A DNA stretch of 64,000 nucleotides from Deltaproteobacteria bacterium (GCA_017302795.1 JAFLCB010000013.1:2036-66035), one strand, 5' to 3'. Counted from the first letter of the stretch, positions 25,643 through 37,009 are shown. The notes: a model not told the origin generated them from the letters alone. Numbers and translations: made by a program.

Positions 25643-26101
25643 CTATTTTTCTGGCGCACCCGCATCGATCCACGCAAACAGCAAGGCCTTTAGCTCGGCG
25701 GTAAGTGGTGGCGCACGGCGAGGCATTCTGTCGGACTCGACCTCTTCACGAATCATCGACGCCACAGCGAAAGCTGTTTCGAAACGCTCTAAATCAATAT
25801 CGCCTTTTTGAGTGTCGGTCGCATGACACTTCAAGCAATGCGGAACGAAAATCTTTTCTTTTACGTCGCTAAAGGTGATTGCCGAGACTGTCGCTCGAGC
25901 TTCAGAAAAATCGCTAGAAGCCGAGCCCAAGTTTTGATTGCAGCCGGTGAAGAAAAACAGAGATCCCACAGCGGCAATGATTGGGCTCAGCGATCGTTTC
26001 CTTAGTTTATTTGACCGTGGAATCCTTGACCCACGCAAGTGGCCAGGGATTGAACCCAGTGATTCCGTTTTCTTTTTGTTAACAGGACATTGTGATTTCA
26101 T
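25643..26101 (-). CDS. Lipoprotein with one PSCyt1-like CxxCH module
   Basis: Lipobox 'FFTGC'. 'CLKCHATDTQKGDIDLE...MPRRAPPLTAELKALLFAWIDAGAPE'. Confidence 0.65.
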   Translation of the reverse strand: MKSQCPVNKKKTESLGSIPGHLRGSRIPRSNKLRKRSLSPIIAAVGSLFFFTGCNQNLGSASSDFSEARATVSAITFSDVKEKIFVPHCLKCHATDTQKGDIDLERFETAFAVASMIREEVESDRMPRRAPPLTAELKALLFAWIDAGAPEK

Positions 26102-26178
26102 AACCGTCTCCTCATTTGTAGGAATACGGGTTGTTCGAGTCGAAAGCGAGGCTCTCTTAATTACAAAAATGAAGCGTA

Positions 26179-28119
26179 ATGAAGCAAAAGGAGGCGCTCG
26201 GAGCGATTCTGGTCCAAGATGGGCCTATGGCAAAACGCTCGCATCAAGTTCGCCTACAGATCAATCGCGACCAGCTGACCAGACTCTTCGTGCGGGGTCA
26301 GGCCTCTGGTATGGTCGAGCGGTCGGAAGCGGATTTTGAGTCGGCCAAATCAATGGATTTACTAGTCGCTGCGCTTGTTTTGAGAGGGGAGTTAGAACGA
26401 GCATTGGCTGTCGCTGCGACCCGCGAAAAGCACGATCACTCAGGAATGATTTCGTTTTATCTGTGCTTGGGCTTGACCCGTGCTGGTCGATACGACGAGG
26501 CGCAATCGAAAATTCAGCGGCTGAGTAAATTGCGCCGGGTCGGGCTGGTCGAGTTCTACTTGCATCAAGCCCAAGGCTTCGTCAGCTTTATCCGCGGCAA
26601 ACCCGACAATGCGGTTAGTTTTTCTCGCCAGGCTTTGATCGCTGCCGAGGCTTCAATCGTTCAGGCGATTCATGCGCAAAGATTGCTTGCCAGAGTATTA
26701 AGCTTGGATCTTTTGGGCCACAGTCTGGTTCAAACAGGGCAGCTGCGGTCAGGGATTAAAACTTTAAAACTCGCTAGAGAAGCTGCGATTCGCGCGGAAC
26801 ACGAGAATTTCACACATGCTATTTCAATTTCGCTTTTAAAGTATGAAGCGGCCTTTGGGATCGAACCCACGCGAATTGTATCTCGTCTGTACAGGGCTTT
26901 GATTGAACTAAAGCCCAACGACTCTTATTCGAGGTCGGAACTTCGACTTGAGCTTTCGCGTCAGCTGATTTTGCGAGGTCAGCTGCGCCAGGCGAGATCA
27001 CATCTTGAAGAAGCTGCAGCCGATATTTTGGGAAGCCGCAATCACCAACAAACGGCGTCTTTGCATATGAAGCAGGCGTGGCTCGCTAAGCTTGAAGGAC
27101 GTTTTGCGGATACTCTGCTAGGGCTTCAAGCAACTGAGAGTGTTCTTCTCGACCAAAGCGACAGCGATCTGCGAGCAAAGACGCGGTTTTTTCGTCTCGA
27201 AACCCTTCAGGAAATGGGCGAAGTCGATTTGACCGCGCGCGATCGCGCGCTCACTTTGGCAAAGTCGCTGCGAGAGGGCCGAGACTTTCAGAAACTCCAC
27301 GGCATCGAGCGTAGAATGGTTCAGCGAAAATTCGGCGACTTTAATTCCGAAAATTCCGAATCAAATAGCAGTATTCAGATTGGCAAAGGTGAAGATCCCT
27401 TTGGTGATCTAATGGATCGCTTTCAGCAGAAAGCTTCAGGTGTTGACGGCGAGCTTTTGCAAAAAGGGTACTTCGGTCTTCTTATCCCATTCCTAGGTTT
27501 AAACTTCGGCCAGAAGGCCGTCATTCTTGGGGTCCCGAAGGGGGCTGTGATTGTTGTTGATGACGGAGAAACTCGGGTTTCCAATTCGGGGCTCGGTGGT
27601 CTCTTAGGTCGATTGATTGTGCGACTTGCTGACGGCGCATGCACACGAAAAGAGGCGATCGAGCAGATCTGGGGCTACCGCTATGAAGCTGAACGGCACG
27701 ATCGGCTTCTCGCAGTTGCGGTGTCGCGAGTTCGGAAAGTTTTAGGCGGAAAATTGAAATGGGTTGAAATGGAGGGGGCCCGTCTCGTTCTGCAGGATCA
27801 AGTTTTGATTCGGTATTGGTCAGGTCGAAAAGATGCCGTGGGCGCGCGAATCCTGAAAAATGTCGTCGCTTTGGGCACACCAGCCCAAGATTCTTCCGTG
27901 ATTTCAAGCGCTGCCGTCGCAAATGCGCCTCGCCTCAGAATCCGTCAGTTGCAGGTCCTTCGGGACCTTGATAAGCGTGGAGATGTGGGTGTGCCGGATC
28001 TTGTTCGAAGATTCGGAATATCCAGGTCCAGCGCACTTCGCGACTTAAACGAACTCGTTGAGCTTGGTCTGTTAACTCGAATGGGCGACACGCGAGCGAC
28101 ACGTTATATGCGAACTTGA
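26179..28119 (+). CDS. Large transcriptional regulator: helical-repeat N-terminus, OmpR/PhoB-type winged helix, and a C-terminal DeoR/MarR-like wHTH
   Basis: 'CTRKEAIEQIWGYRYEAERHDRLLAVAVSRVRKVLGG' is Trans_reg_C-like. 'RQLQVLRDLDKRGDVGVPDLVRRFGISRSSALRDLNELVELGLLTR' is a wHTH. Alternative start at ATG 26227. Confidence 0.6.
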   Translation: MKQKEALGAILVQDGPMAKRSHQVRLQINRDQLTRLFVRGQASGMVERSEADFESAKSMDLLVAALVLRGELERALAVAATREKHDHSGMISFYLCLGLTRAGRYDEAQSKIQRLSKLRRVGLVEFYLHQAQGFVSFIRGKPDNAVSFSRQALIAAEASIVQAIHAQRLLARVLSLDLLGHSLVQTGQLRSGIKTLKLAREAAIRAEHENFTHAISISLLKYEAAFGIEPTRIVSRLYRALIELKPNDSYSRSELRLELSRQLILRGQLRQARSHLEEAAADILGSRNHQQTASLHMKQAWLAKLEGRFADTLLGLQATESVLLDQSDSDLRAKTRFFRLETLQEMGEVDLTARDRALTLAKSLREGRDFQKLHGIERRMVQRKFGDFNSENSESNSSIQIGKGEDPFGDLMDRFQQKASGVDGELLQKGYFGLLIPFLGLNFGQKAVILGVPKGAVIVVDDGETRVSNSGLGGLLGRLIVRLADGACTRKEAIEQIWGYRYEAERHDRLLAVAVSRVRKVLGGKLKWVEMEGARLVLQDQVLIRYWSGRKDAVGARILKNVVALGTPAQDSSVISSAAVANAPRLRIRQLQVLRDLDKRGDVGVPDLVRRFGISRSSALRDLNELVELGLLTRMGDTRATRYMRT

Positions 28120-28133
28120 GGGGGAGATTTTAT

Positions 28134-29829
<1,696 letters not shown>

Positions 29830-29913
29830 ATTATTCAGATTGCCAAGACGCGCTGAATGGAGACATTCTCAGGAGGTTTGAACGCATGCTTCAAAATTCT
29901 TGAAGGAGTCCCA

Positions 29914-30330
29914 ATGTTTCGCTCATCATTCATTTCTACTATTTCAACAGCAGCGCTTGCGCTCGTCGCGCAAGTGATCCTTGTTCCTTCAATGGCGCTC
30001 GCACAGGCGGCAACTGGTCAAGAACCACCGGCTTGGATGCAGCTGGTTCCATTGATTGCCATGGTTGCAGTGTTTTACGTTCTCATTCTTCGCCCGCAAC
30101 AAAAGCGAGAAAAACTTCGCCAGGGTTTCATTCAGGCATTGAAGCGCGGTGACGAAGTAGTCACGACCTCTGGAATTTTGGGTCGCGTTGAGGGCATGAC
30201 GGATCAAGTGATTACGCTTGAAGTTGCAGACGGTGTTCGTGTGAAAGTACTTCGCACAGCGATTGTTTCGTCTGTTCAGGCGATGACCCAAACTGCAGCG
30301 ACGGCAGAAGTAAAAGGCGGAAAAGCATGA
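29914..30330 (+). CDS. yajC: Preprotein translocase subunit YajC
   Basis: 'LIAMVAVFYVLILRPQQKREKLRQGFIQALKRGDEVVTTSGILGRV'. GAAGGAG RBS before the ATG at 29914. Confidence 0.9.
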   Translation: MFRSSFISTISTAALALVAQVILVPSMALAQAATGQEPPAWMQLVPLIAMVAVFYVLILRPQQKREKLRQGFIQALKRGDEVVTTSGILGRVEGMTDQVITLEVADGVRVKVLRTAIVSSVQAMTQTAATAEVKGGKA

Positions 30331-32069
30331 AACAGCAAGGATTGGGCTGGCGGCTTGCCGTAGCATCTATTGTTGCCGTCTTGGGAATTATTTGGCTTGT
30401 GCCAAACTTTTTGGAAAAACCAGCAGGCGACAAGCAACAACAGACGTCGAAATTCTGGTGGCCGACACAAGATCGATTGACCATGGGTTTAGATATTCAG
30501 GGTGGTTTGCATTTGGTTTTGCGCGCGGACATTCAGGGCGCGTTGAAACAAGAAGCAAACCGAATCGCCGGCGGGATCGCCGACGAGCTAAAAAAGGCAG
30601 GCATCGCATATTCAGACCTTAAGCAAGGCGACGCCGTTCGCGGAGAATTAACGATTGCCACAGCGTCCGAAGCCGATGCGGAAAAAGCCAAGTCAAAAAT
30701 TGAAGACTTGTATGGTCCAATGTTTGCGATAGCAACCTCGGCCACTGGTTTGAAAGCTGAATTCACTGAACTTCACGTTCGTGAATTCGGTAAAGGAACA
30801 GTCGAACGAGCCATTGAAACTATAAGAAATCGGATCGATGAATTCGGCGTTTCGGAACCTTCGATCACCGCGCAAGGCGACGATCGAATTCTCGTGCAAT
30901 TGCCAGGAATTCAAGATGCGGCGGACGCGAAAGAATTGATCAATAAAACGGCCCGTCTTGATTTCATCATTGTGAATCCAGAGTTTGAACAGGGCACGCC
31001 TGGCTTTGAAAAAGTCGCCGCCATGGTTGACGAAGCCGAAAAAGCAGGTGGCTTCAAGCTTGGTAAAGAATTGAAGTATTCGGCCTACGTGGAAAAGATC
31101 AACGAAGCACTGAAAGGAAAACTTCCAGAAGGATCGTTGGTTCTTTTTGAAAAACCCGATAAAGCCGAATCAATGGAAGTTGGAAAGATTCCGTATGTGT
31201 TGATGCGCTCGGAAACTGTTCCCGGTGATCTGCTAACGGATGCCTTCGTTTCTCCAGGGGAAACCGGTCGACCAGAAGTAAACTTTCGTTTAGATGGTCC
31301 CGGCGGACGCGCGATGGGCGACATGACTGAGAAACATACCAATCGCCAGATGGCAATTGTCCTAGACGGTGTTGTGAAGTCAGCGCCATCGATCAACTCC
31401 AAGATCACGAACTCAGGCCGTATCACTCTTGGCCGAAGTTCGTACGAGGAAACTCTTAAAGAAGCGAAAAATATCTCGATCACTTTGAAGTCGGGGGCGC
31501 TGCCAGCTGCACTTGAGCAGCTTGAGGAGCGGACCGTCGGCCCGTCGCTTGGTGCTGACGCGATTCAAAAAGGTCAGTTAGGTGCTCTGGTAGGTGCCTT
31601 GTTGATCTTTATTTTCAACCTTGTTTACTACCGGTCCTTCGGCCTTGTTGCGAACTTATCGCTCTCCCTAAACCTTGTTTTGACGATTGCGATTCTGTCG
31701 GCTCTTGGTGCCACACTCACGCTTCCAGGTGTAGCAGGCTTGGCATTGGGTCTCGGTATGGCAGTTGATGCCTCGGTCATTATCTATGAGCGGATAAAGG
31801 AAGAGCTGGCGTCGGGAAAGAGCCTTATGATGGCGACAAGCGTTGGCTTTGATAAGGCCTTCTCGGCTATTTTTGATGCAAACGTGACCTCAATCGCCGT
31901 TTGTGTCGTCTTGATGTATTACGGCACGGGCCCAGTGAGGGGTTTCGCTGTCACGTTGATGACAGGTCTTTTCATCACATTATTTACCTCGGTCTTTTTC
32001 TCGCGGGCTGTTTTGGATCTCTTGATTGGCCGCTGGAAACTTAACCCTTCCATCAAGTGGGGACGCTAG
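30327..32069 (+). CDS. secD: Protein translocase subunit SecD
   Basis: N-terminal TM helix, a large periplasmic domain, and a C-terminal 5-TM region 'TLPGVAGLALGLGMAVDASVIIYERIKEE'. Conserved tgt-yajC-secD-secF order. Confidence 0.93.
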   Translation: MKQQGLGWRLAVASIVAVLGIIWLVPNFLEKPAGDKQQQTSKFWWPTQDRLTMGLDIQGGLHLVLRADIQGALKQEANRIAGGIADELKKAGIAYSDLKQGDAVRGELTIATASEADAEKAKSKIEDLYGPMFAIATSATGLKAEFTELHVREFGKGTVERAIETIRNRIDEFGVSEPSITAQGDDRILVQLPGIQDAADAKELINKTARLDFIIVNPEFEQGTPGFEKVAAMVDEAEKAGGFKLGKELKYSAYVEKINEALKGKLPEGSLVLFEKPDKAESMEVGKIPYVLMRSETVPGDLLTDAFVSPGETGRPEVNFRLDGPGGRAMGDMTEKHTNRQMAIVLDGVVKSAPSINSKITNSGRITLGRSSYEETLKEAKNISITLKSGALPAALEQLEERTVGPSLGADAIQKGQLGALVGALLIFIFNLVYYRSFGLVANLSLSLNLVLTIAILSALGATLTLPGVAGLALGLGMAVDASVIIYERIKEELASGKSLMMATSVGFDKAFSAIFDANVTSIAVCVVLMYYGTGPVRGFAVTLMTGLFITLFTSVFFSRAVLDLLIGRWKLNPSIKWGR

Positions 32070-32072
32070 TTT

Positions 32073-33050
32073 ATGTCGACGAAAAATATGAATACCAAGC
32101 AGGCAGAGAAAATGGATGGCATCGACTTCATCAAGCTCGCAAAGCCAATGGGTCTTTTGTCGACTATTTTAGTGCTCGGATCTTTGGTTTTGATTCTCAC
32201 AAAAGGTCTCAATTACGGAATTGATTTTTCGGGTGGAACTGAAATGCACCTGAAGTTTACCAAGCCAGTTACGGCGGAAGAGGTCCGTTCAGCTTTGGCC
32301 GAAGTTGGGGCTGGCGGAGCATCCGTACAGACATTTGGGGAAGCTAACGAATTTCTAGTGCGCTTAGGCACACCGGAACTGCCGGATGCGGCCGCTCAGA
32401 ATAAAGCACTGAACGAGACACTCGCGAAAGTGAAGGACGTTTTCACGACTAAGTTCGGCTTGGACGCCTCGGGACTTTTGCGCGTCGATACGGTTGGTCC
32501 TCAAGTGGGCAGCGAACTTAAAAAGAACGGCTTGTTGGCTGCATTCTACAGCCTGCTTGTCCTCTTGATTTATGTATCTGTGCGCTTTGACTACGCGTAT
32601 GCACCTGGCGCGATCATTTGCTTGATCCACGACTCATTGATCACGTTGGGATTGTTCGCGTTGATGGGACGTGAAGTGAACGTTCAAATTATCGCATCGA
32701 TTTTGACATTAATCGGTTATTCGCTGAACGACACGATTGTGACTTTCGATCGCATCCGCGAAACCGCACCGCTGCATCGAGACAAGTCGTTAGCATATAT
32801 CCTCAACAAGGGCATTAACGAAACCCTCGGACGTACGCTGTTAACAGCGGGATCTACGTTGCTTGCGTGTTTCGGTCTCTACTTCCTTTCTGGTGGCGTG
32901 ATCGCGGAAATCGCATTCACATTGATTATCGGGATCATTGTTGGCGCTTACTCTACAATCTACGTTGCGGCTCCGTTGATCATGGTCATGGAGAAAATTA
33001 CTCCGGGATCAACATCTTCTATCCCGCACGCTGAAGCCAATCCGGCCTAG
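32073..33050 (+). CDS. secF: Protein translocase subunit SecF
   Basis: 'GIDFSGGTEMHLKF' and 'IGYSLNDTIVTFDRIRE'. Confidence 0.93.
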   Translation: MSTKNMNTKQAEKMDGIDFIKLAKPMGLLSTILVLGSLVLILTKGLNYGIDFSGGTEMHLKFTKPVTAEEVRSALAEVGAGGASVQTFGEANEFLVRLGTPELPDAAAQNKALNETLAKVKDVFTTKFGLDASGLLRVDTVGPQVGSELKKNGLLAAFYSLLVLLIYVSVRFDYAYAPGAIICLIHDSLITLGLFALMGREVNVQIIASILTLIGYSLNDTIVTFDRIRETAPLHRDKSLAYILNKGINETLGRTLLTAGSTLLACFGLYFLSGGVIAEIAFTLIIGIIVGAYSTIYVAAPLIMVMEKITPGSTSSIPHAEANPA

Positions 33051-33060
33051 TACGGAAAAC

Positions 33061-34923
33061 ATGGCCGTCTCGAGTATCGAGCCCACCACCGAAAAAGTGC
33101 CCCCGGCAGATGAAAGTTTGTCGGGTTCGCTTTTTGCGGGCACCGGTAAGATTTGGCGAAAACGCCTGATTGAAAAACCGCAGGGTGTTCGATCGCCCAT
33201 TGAAGGTACTGAAACTTTGACTACTTCATTGGGCGGACTTCCGGTGCCATTGCGCGAAGTTCTCTCATCGCGAGGGGTGTCGGGCGAAGCGGAACTCGCT
33301 GATTGGTTTAAACCCACATTGAAGTCGCTGCGCGACCCGCTTTCTCTTTTGGATCTCGAAAAAGCAGTAAAGCGACTTGTTAAGGCGAGATCCGCCAATG
33401 AACAGATTGTGCTATACGCGGACTATGATCTTGATGGCACAAGTGGTCTGGCACTCGCTTTAGATGCCTTTCGCCTTATGGGCTTCAGCAATGTACACGC
33501 CTATCAACCACAGCGGTTGACCGAAGGTTATGGCCTTCACAGCGAAGCAATCAAACGCTTGAAGTCCGAAAAAGACATTACACTTTTGGTATCCATCGAT
33601 CTTGGCATAACTGCCATGGAGGAAGTCGAGACAGCGAATTCCCTTGGAATCGATGTCATAGTCACCGACCACCATTTGCCAAAAACTGATTCTGACGGCG
33701 CAGTGATTTTGCCGCGTGCGCTTGCCGTGGTAAATCCAAACCGCGGCGATTGCCCATCCAATCTTGGTCATTTGTGTGGAACGGGTGTGATTTTTTACTT
33801 GGTGCTCGCATTGCGCCGAGCACTTTTGGAAGAGGGACCACTTGCGAATCCGTTTGATCCTAAATCGCTCCTCGACTGTTTTGCGATTGGAACCATCACC
33901 GATCTTGTACCGCTGCTGCATGAAAACAGGGTATTAGTTAAACATGGGCTTGCTCGTTTGGCAGAAACCGAACGGCCGGGCCTACGCGAGCTCTTAAAGT
34001 CACTTGAACTTTGGGGCAGGCCTTTGACCGCGCAAGATGTTGCGATTCGATTTGCGCCTAAGCTCAATGCACTTTCGCGAATGGGTTCTGGAATTCAGCC
34101 AATTGATCTCTATGTCGAGACGGACGCCGTCAAAGCACGAGACGTCGTTTCGGCGGTGCTATCTAATAATCAAGATCGCCAAGCTTCACAAAAAGCCGCC
34201 GATGAAGAGGCGGACCGAATTCTTCAGGAACGTCCTCCGCGCGGCGTTGTTGCCATTGCGAGTGAAAAGTTTCACCGAGGTGTCGTCGGTTTAGTTGCCA
34301 CAAAGCTTAGCCAAAGATTTGGTGTGCCTGCGTTTGTAGGCGCAATTGAGGGCGAGTCAGGTTCGATTGTTGGCAGTGCCAGGGTTCCGACAGGAATGTC
34401 AGCGAATCTCTTGGAGGCAATGAGCTACTCCACAAATTTCCTCGATCAATTTGGTGGACACGCCATGGCCGCTGGGTTCGAAGCCAAACGCTCGACGTTT
34501 GAACTTTTTCGATCAAGCTTAGAGGCGTGGGCTGAGAAGCTAAATGATCAGTCCGAGATAGGTTCCCATTTGGTTGAGTACGATGCGATGTGTCGGCTTG
34601 CCGATTTGAATTCGTCGTTCATGGTCTGGCACGAGCACATGGGGCCGTTTGGTGCCCAGGCGCCCATTCCGATGTTTCTGATTTCAGACTGCCTGGTCGC
34701 TCAGGTGAAAGCGTTGAAAGGCGGTCATCTGCGCCTGAAGCTAGCTCAAGTCGGTGCGGCCGCTATCCAGGCGATTTGGTTTGGCCCGCCGAACGATTTT
34801 CCAATTGCGCAGGGTAATCGGGTGGACCTAATTGCCGAAGTTCAGTGGAACCATTATCAGGGCTCCCGCTCTATTCAACTCTTGGTTAGTGATGTGAAGA
34901 TTGCCGGTACCGGCAAGGCGTGA
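33061..34923 (+). CDS. recJ: Single-stranded-DNA-specific exonuclease RecJ
   Basis: DHH-family motifs 'LYADYDLDGTSG' and 'VIVTDHHLP', plus 'FGGHAMAAGF' (DHHA1). Confidence 0.92.
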   Translation: MAVSSIEPTTEKVPPADESLSGSLFAGTGKIWRKRLIEKPQGVRSPIEGTETLTTSLGGLPVPLREVLSSRGVSGEAELADWFKPTLKSLRDPLSLLDLEKAVKRLVKARSANEQIVLYADYDLDGTSGLALALDAFRLMGFSNVHAYQPQRLTEGYGLHSEAIKRLKSEKDITLLVSIDLGITAMEEVETANSLGIDVIVTDHHLPKTDSDGAVILPRALAVVNPNRGDCPSNLGHLCGTGVIFYLVLALRRALLEEGPLANPFDPKSLLDCFAIGTITDLVPLLHENRVLVKHGLARLAETERPGLRELLKSLELWGRPLTAQDVAIRFAPKLNALSRMGSGIQPIDLYVETDAVKARDVVSAVLSNNQDRQASQKAADEEADRILQERPPRGVVAIASEKFHRGVVGLVATKLSQRFGVPAFVGAIEGESGSIVGSARVPTGMSANLLEAMSYSTNFLDQFGGHAMAAGFEAKRSTFELFRSSLEAWAEKLNDQSEIGSHLVEYDAMCRLADLNSSFMVWHEHMGPFGAQAPIPMFLISDCLVAQVKALKGGHLRLKLAQVGAAAIQAIWFGPPNDFPIAQGNRVDLIAEVQWNHYQGSRSIQLLVSDVKIAGTGKA

Positions 34924-34929
34924 TACCGG

Positions 34930-35553
34930 TTGGCAGCTGTCGCAATGCAACTGTCCCAAAGCAGTATGGAGGCCACCATGCAGATTTCTTCAGAGCCGAA
35001 CATGTCAGCATCGCAGAGTTCTGATTTAACCGACGAAACAACTCCTCAAGCACGTGGGAAAACGGCAATTGGGAAAGCTGACGGTTTTTCGGCGATCGAG
35101 AGACAGTTTGAGCGCTTGAAGGCGACTGTTCCGGCAAGACTTGCCGAAAAAGCGGATCAAGTTCTTTTGGGTCTCAGCCACACAGGACAGTCCATACCAA
35201 TGTTGTTGAAACAAACCTTCAATAAAATTGATGGAAATCCAAATGATGTGATCGGGCGAATTAGCCGAACTGTTTTAGAACAAGCTCAGTCAGTGCGTCA
35301 GACACTTGCGACAAAGGGCGCTCAGTTAAGTGAGATCGCAGATGGTGTTTCAACTCGAGTGAAAAGTGTGAACCCCTTCACATCTGACGAGGCTGCTTCC
35401 GTGCTTGTTAAGCCGTTAGCGAAGGCCGGACTCAAAGCAAAAACTAAGAGATCGGCGAAACCGGTGAAAGCTGCCACCAAAGTTAGTGTGAAGTCTGCCT
35501 CAAAATCCAAAGCGAAGCCTGCGAAGGCGTCCAGCCGAACTCCCAAGGAGTAA
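34930..35553 (+). CDS. Hypothetical protein with Lys/Ala-rich histone-H1-like C-terminal tail
   Basis: C-terminus 'AKAGLKAKTKRSAKPVKAATKVSVKSASKSKAKPAKASSRTPKE'. The N-terminal part is predicted helical. Start uncertain. Confidence 0.5.
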   Translation: MAAVAMQLSQSSMEATMQISSEPNMSASQSSDLTDETTPQARGKTAIGKADGFSAIERQFERLKATVPARLAEKADQVLLGLSHTGQSIPMLLKQTFNKIDGNPNDVIGRISRTVLEQAQSVRQTLATKGAQLSEIADGVSTRVKSVNPFTSDEAASVLVKPLAKAGLKAKTKRSAKPVKAATKVSVKSASKSKAKPAKASSRTPKE

Positions 35554-35558
35554 GTCGG

Positions 35559-36215
35559 TTGGTGAAGTCCATCGTTCTTTTGTCATCCGGTCTTGATTCG
35601 ACCGTGAACCTCTATCGCGCCGCTAAAGAGAGCAAAGTCGTGATGGCCATCACTTTTGACTACGGTCAAAGAGCGGCGGCTCGCGAAATTCATTTTGCTG
35701 GTCTTTTGGCAGCGAGGCTTGAGATTCCACATCGAGTGATTGAGCTCCCATGGTTTAAAGATTTCACAGCGTCCTCATTAGTGAATCGCAAAATGGATGT
35801 ACCGACGACGTCTGTTGAAATTGATAGCTTCGAGGCTAGCACCAACTCAGCCAAAGCAGTTTGGGTTCCAAATCGGAATGGAATTTTTTTGAACATCGGC
35901 GCAGCGTTCGCAGAAAGTGTCGATGCGAAGTGGCTTGTTCCGGGCTTTAATGCAGAGGAAGCAACGACGTTCCCTGATAACTCTGAGGATTATTTGCAGG
36001 CGGCGACGAGGTCGCTGTTTTATTCCACGGGAAACCACGTAGAAGTGAAATGCTTCACGACCGCTTTGGATAAAACGGAAATCGTGAAACAGGGACGGGC
36101 TCTAGGTGTTCCCTTTGAATTTATTTGGACTTGTTATTTCGGCGACGAAAAGCCGTGCGGACAATGCGAATCGTGTCAGCGCTTTTCTCGTGCGATGGGA
36201 GCGGTTTCAACATGA
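35559..36215 (+). CDS. queC: 7-cyano-7-deazaguanine synthase
   Basis: 'VLLSSGLDSTV' PP-loop and a C-terminal zinc cluster 'CYFGDEKPCGQCESCQRF'. AAGGAG RBS upstream of a TTG/GTG start. Confidence 0.9.
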   Translation: MVKSIVLLSSGLDSTVNLYRAAKESKVVMAITFDYGQRAAAREIHFAGLLAARLEIPHRVIELPWFKDFTASSLVNRKMDVPTTSVEIDSFEASTNSAKAVWVPNRNGIFLNIGAAFAESVDAKWLVPGFNAEEATTFPDNSEDYLQAATRSLFYSTGNHVEVKCFTTALDKTEIVKQGRALGVPFEFIWTCYFGDEKPCGQCESCQRFSRAMGAVST

Positions 36216-36808
36216 CGTCCTTTCAGTCTAAGTTTCTAAACTTAAGTGAAGAAGAGTCGGCCTATGACGGCCGGCAATTGAAGTCACTTTTTTCTTATCT
36301 CGAACAGGGAATTCTTGGCGATTCGATTGTCGCTTGGGTGGGGCCTTGTCATGTGCCTTTTGAGCATATGGTTGATGGCGAGGACCTTCGTGCTCGGTCT
36401 GAAATTCGCGGAACCCGAATGGTTCACTTCATCGTCGAAAAGTTTGGCGCCTCGCTTTCAGAAACTGTAGCTCTTCAGCGATTGCTTTCTTCGATCGCAA
36501 AAGATGTTCTGCTAGAAAAAATGGGACAACAGCCACGATTCTCTATTCGGCGTTCGGGAGACGATCTCTATGTTGCGCTCTCTGACGGCGAAGGAAAACT
36601 CTCGATTTCGATCGCGACGATCTCGCCGGTCTCGGGTTTGATTCATTTTGCAGTGAACGTATCGAACGAGGGCACTCCCGTAAAAACCGCCGCGCTCGAA
36701 GATTTACGAATTCCGGCGCAGGATTTTGCCGAATCGGTATTGTGGAATTTTTCAGAAGAGATGGGCTCGATCAAAGAGGCCACCTGCAAAGTGAAATGGG
36801 TCCGGTAA
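36212..36808 (+). CDS. Uncharacterised protein translationally coupled to queC (possibly DUF366-like; unverified)
   Basis: The ATG overlaps the queC stop (ATGA). 198 aa, globular-looking and soluble. Confidence 0.55.
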   Translation: MTSFQSKFLNLSEEESAYDGRQLKSLFSYLEQGILGDSIVAWVGPCHVPFEHMVDGEDLRARSEIRGTRMVHFIVEKFGASLSETVALQRLLSSIAKDVLLEKMGQQPRFSIRRSGDDLYVALSDGEGKLSISIATISPVSGLIHFAVNVSNEGTPVKTAALEDLRIPAQDFAESVLWNFSEEMGSIKEATCKVKWVR

Positions 36809-37009
36809 GCCGCCGAAAACCTAGCGAAAAGTGAGATATTTCGGAAGTGTGTTGGGGTCGTCACAGTTTGCCTAACGCCTATTCGCGTGGAGCGAGTTCG
36901 ACGATAGTCTAATTTCAATTCGAAATAAACCTACTTTGACGCGGCCTATGGCTTGCTCCTTTACGTGATCAAGCACACTTAGAGCGTGCTTCGTGTACGA
37001 GGGGGCAAA

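Noticed and set aside
25617-25644. A tandem TTTTCCGGTCTATT x2 immediately downstream of the 152-aa cytochrome-like gene.
   Set aside because: It is real in the sequence but short (14 bp x2), with no hairpin potential or recurrence elsewhere in the window. It is most simply a small slippage duplication.
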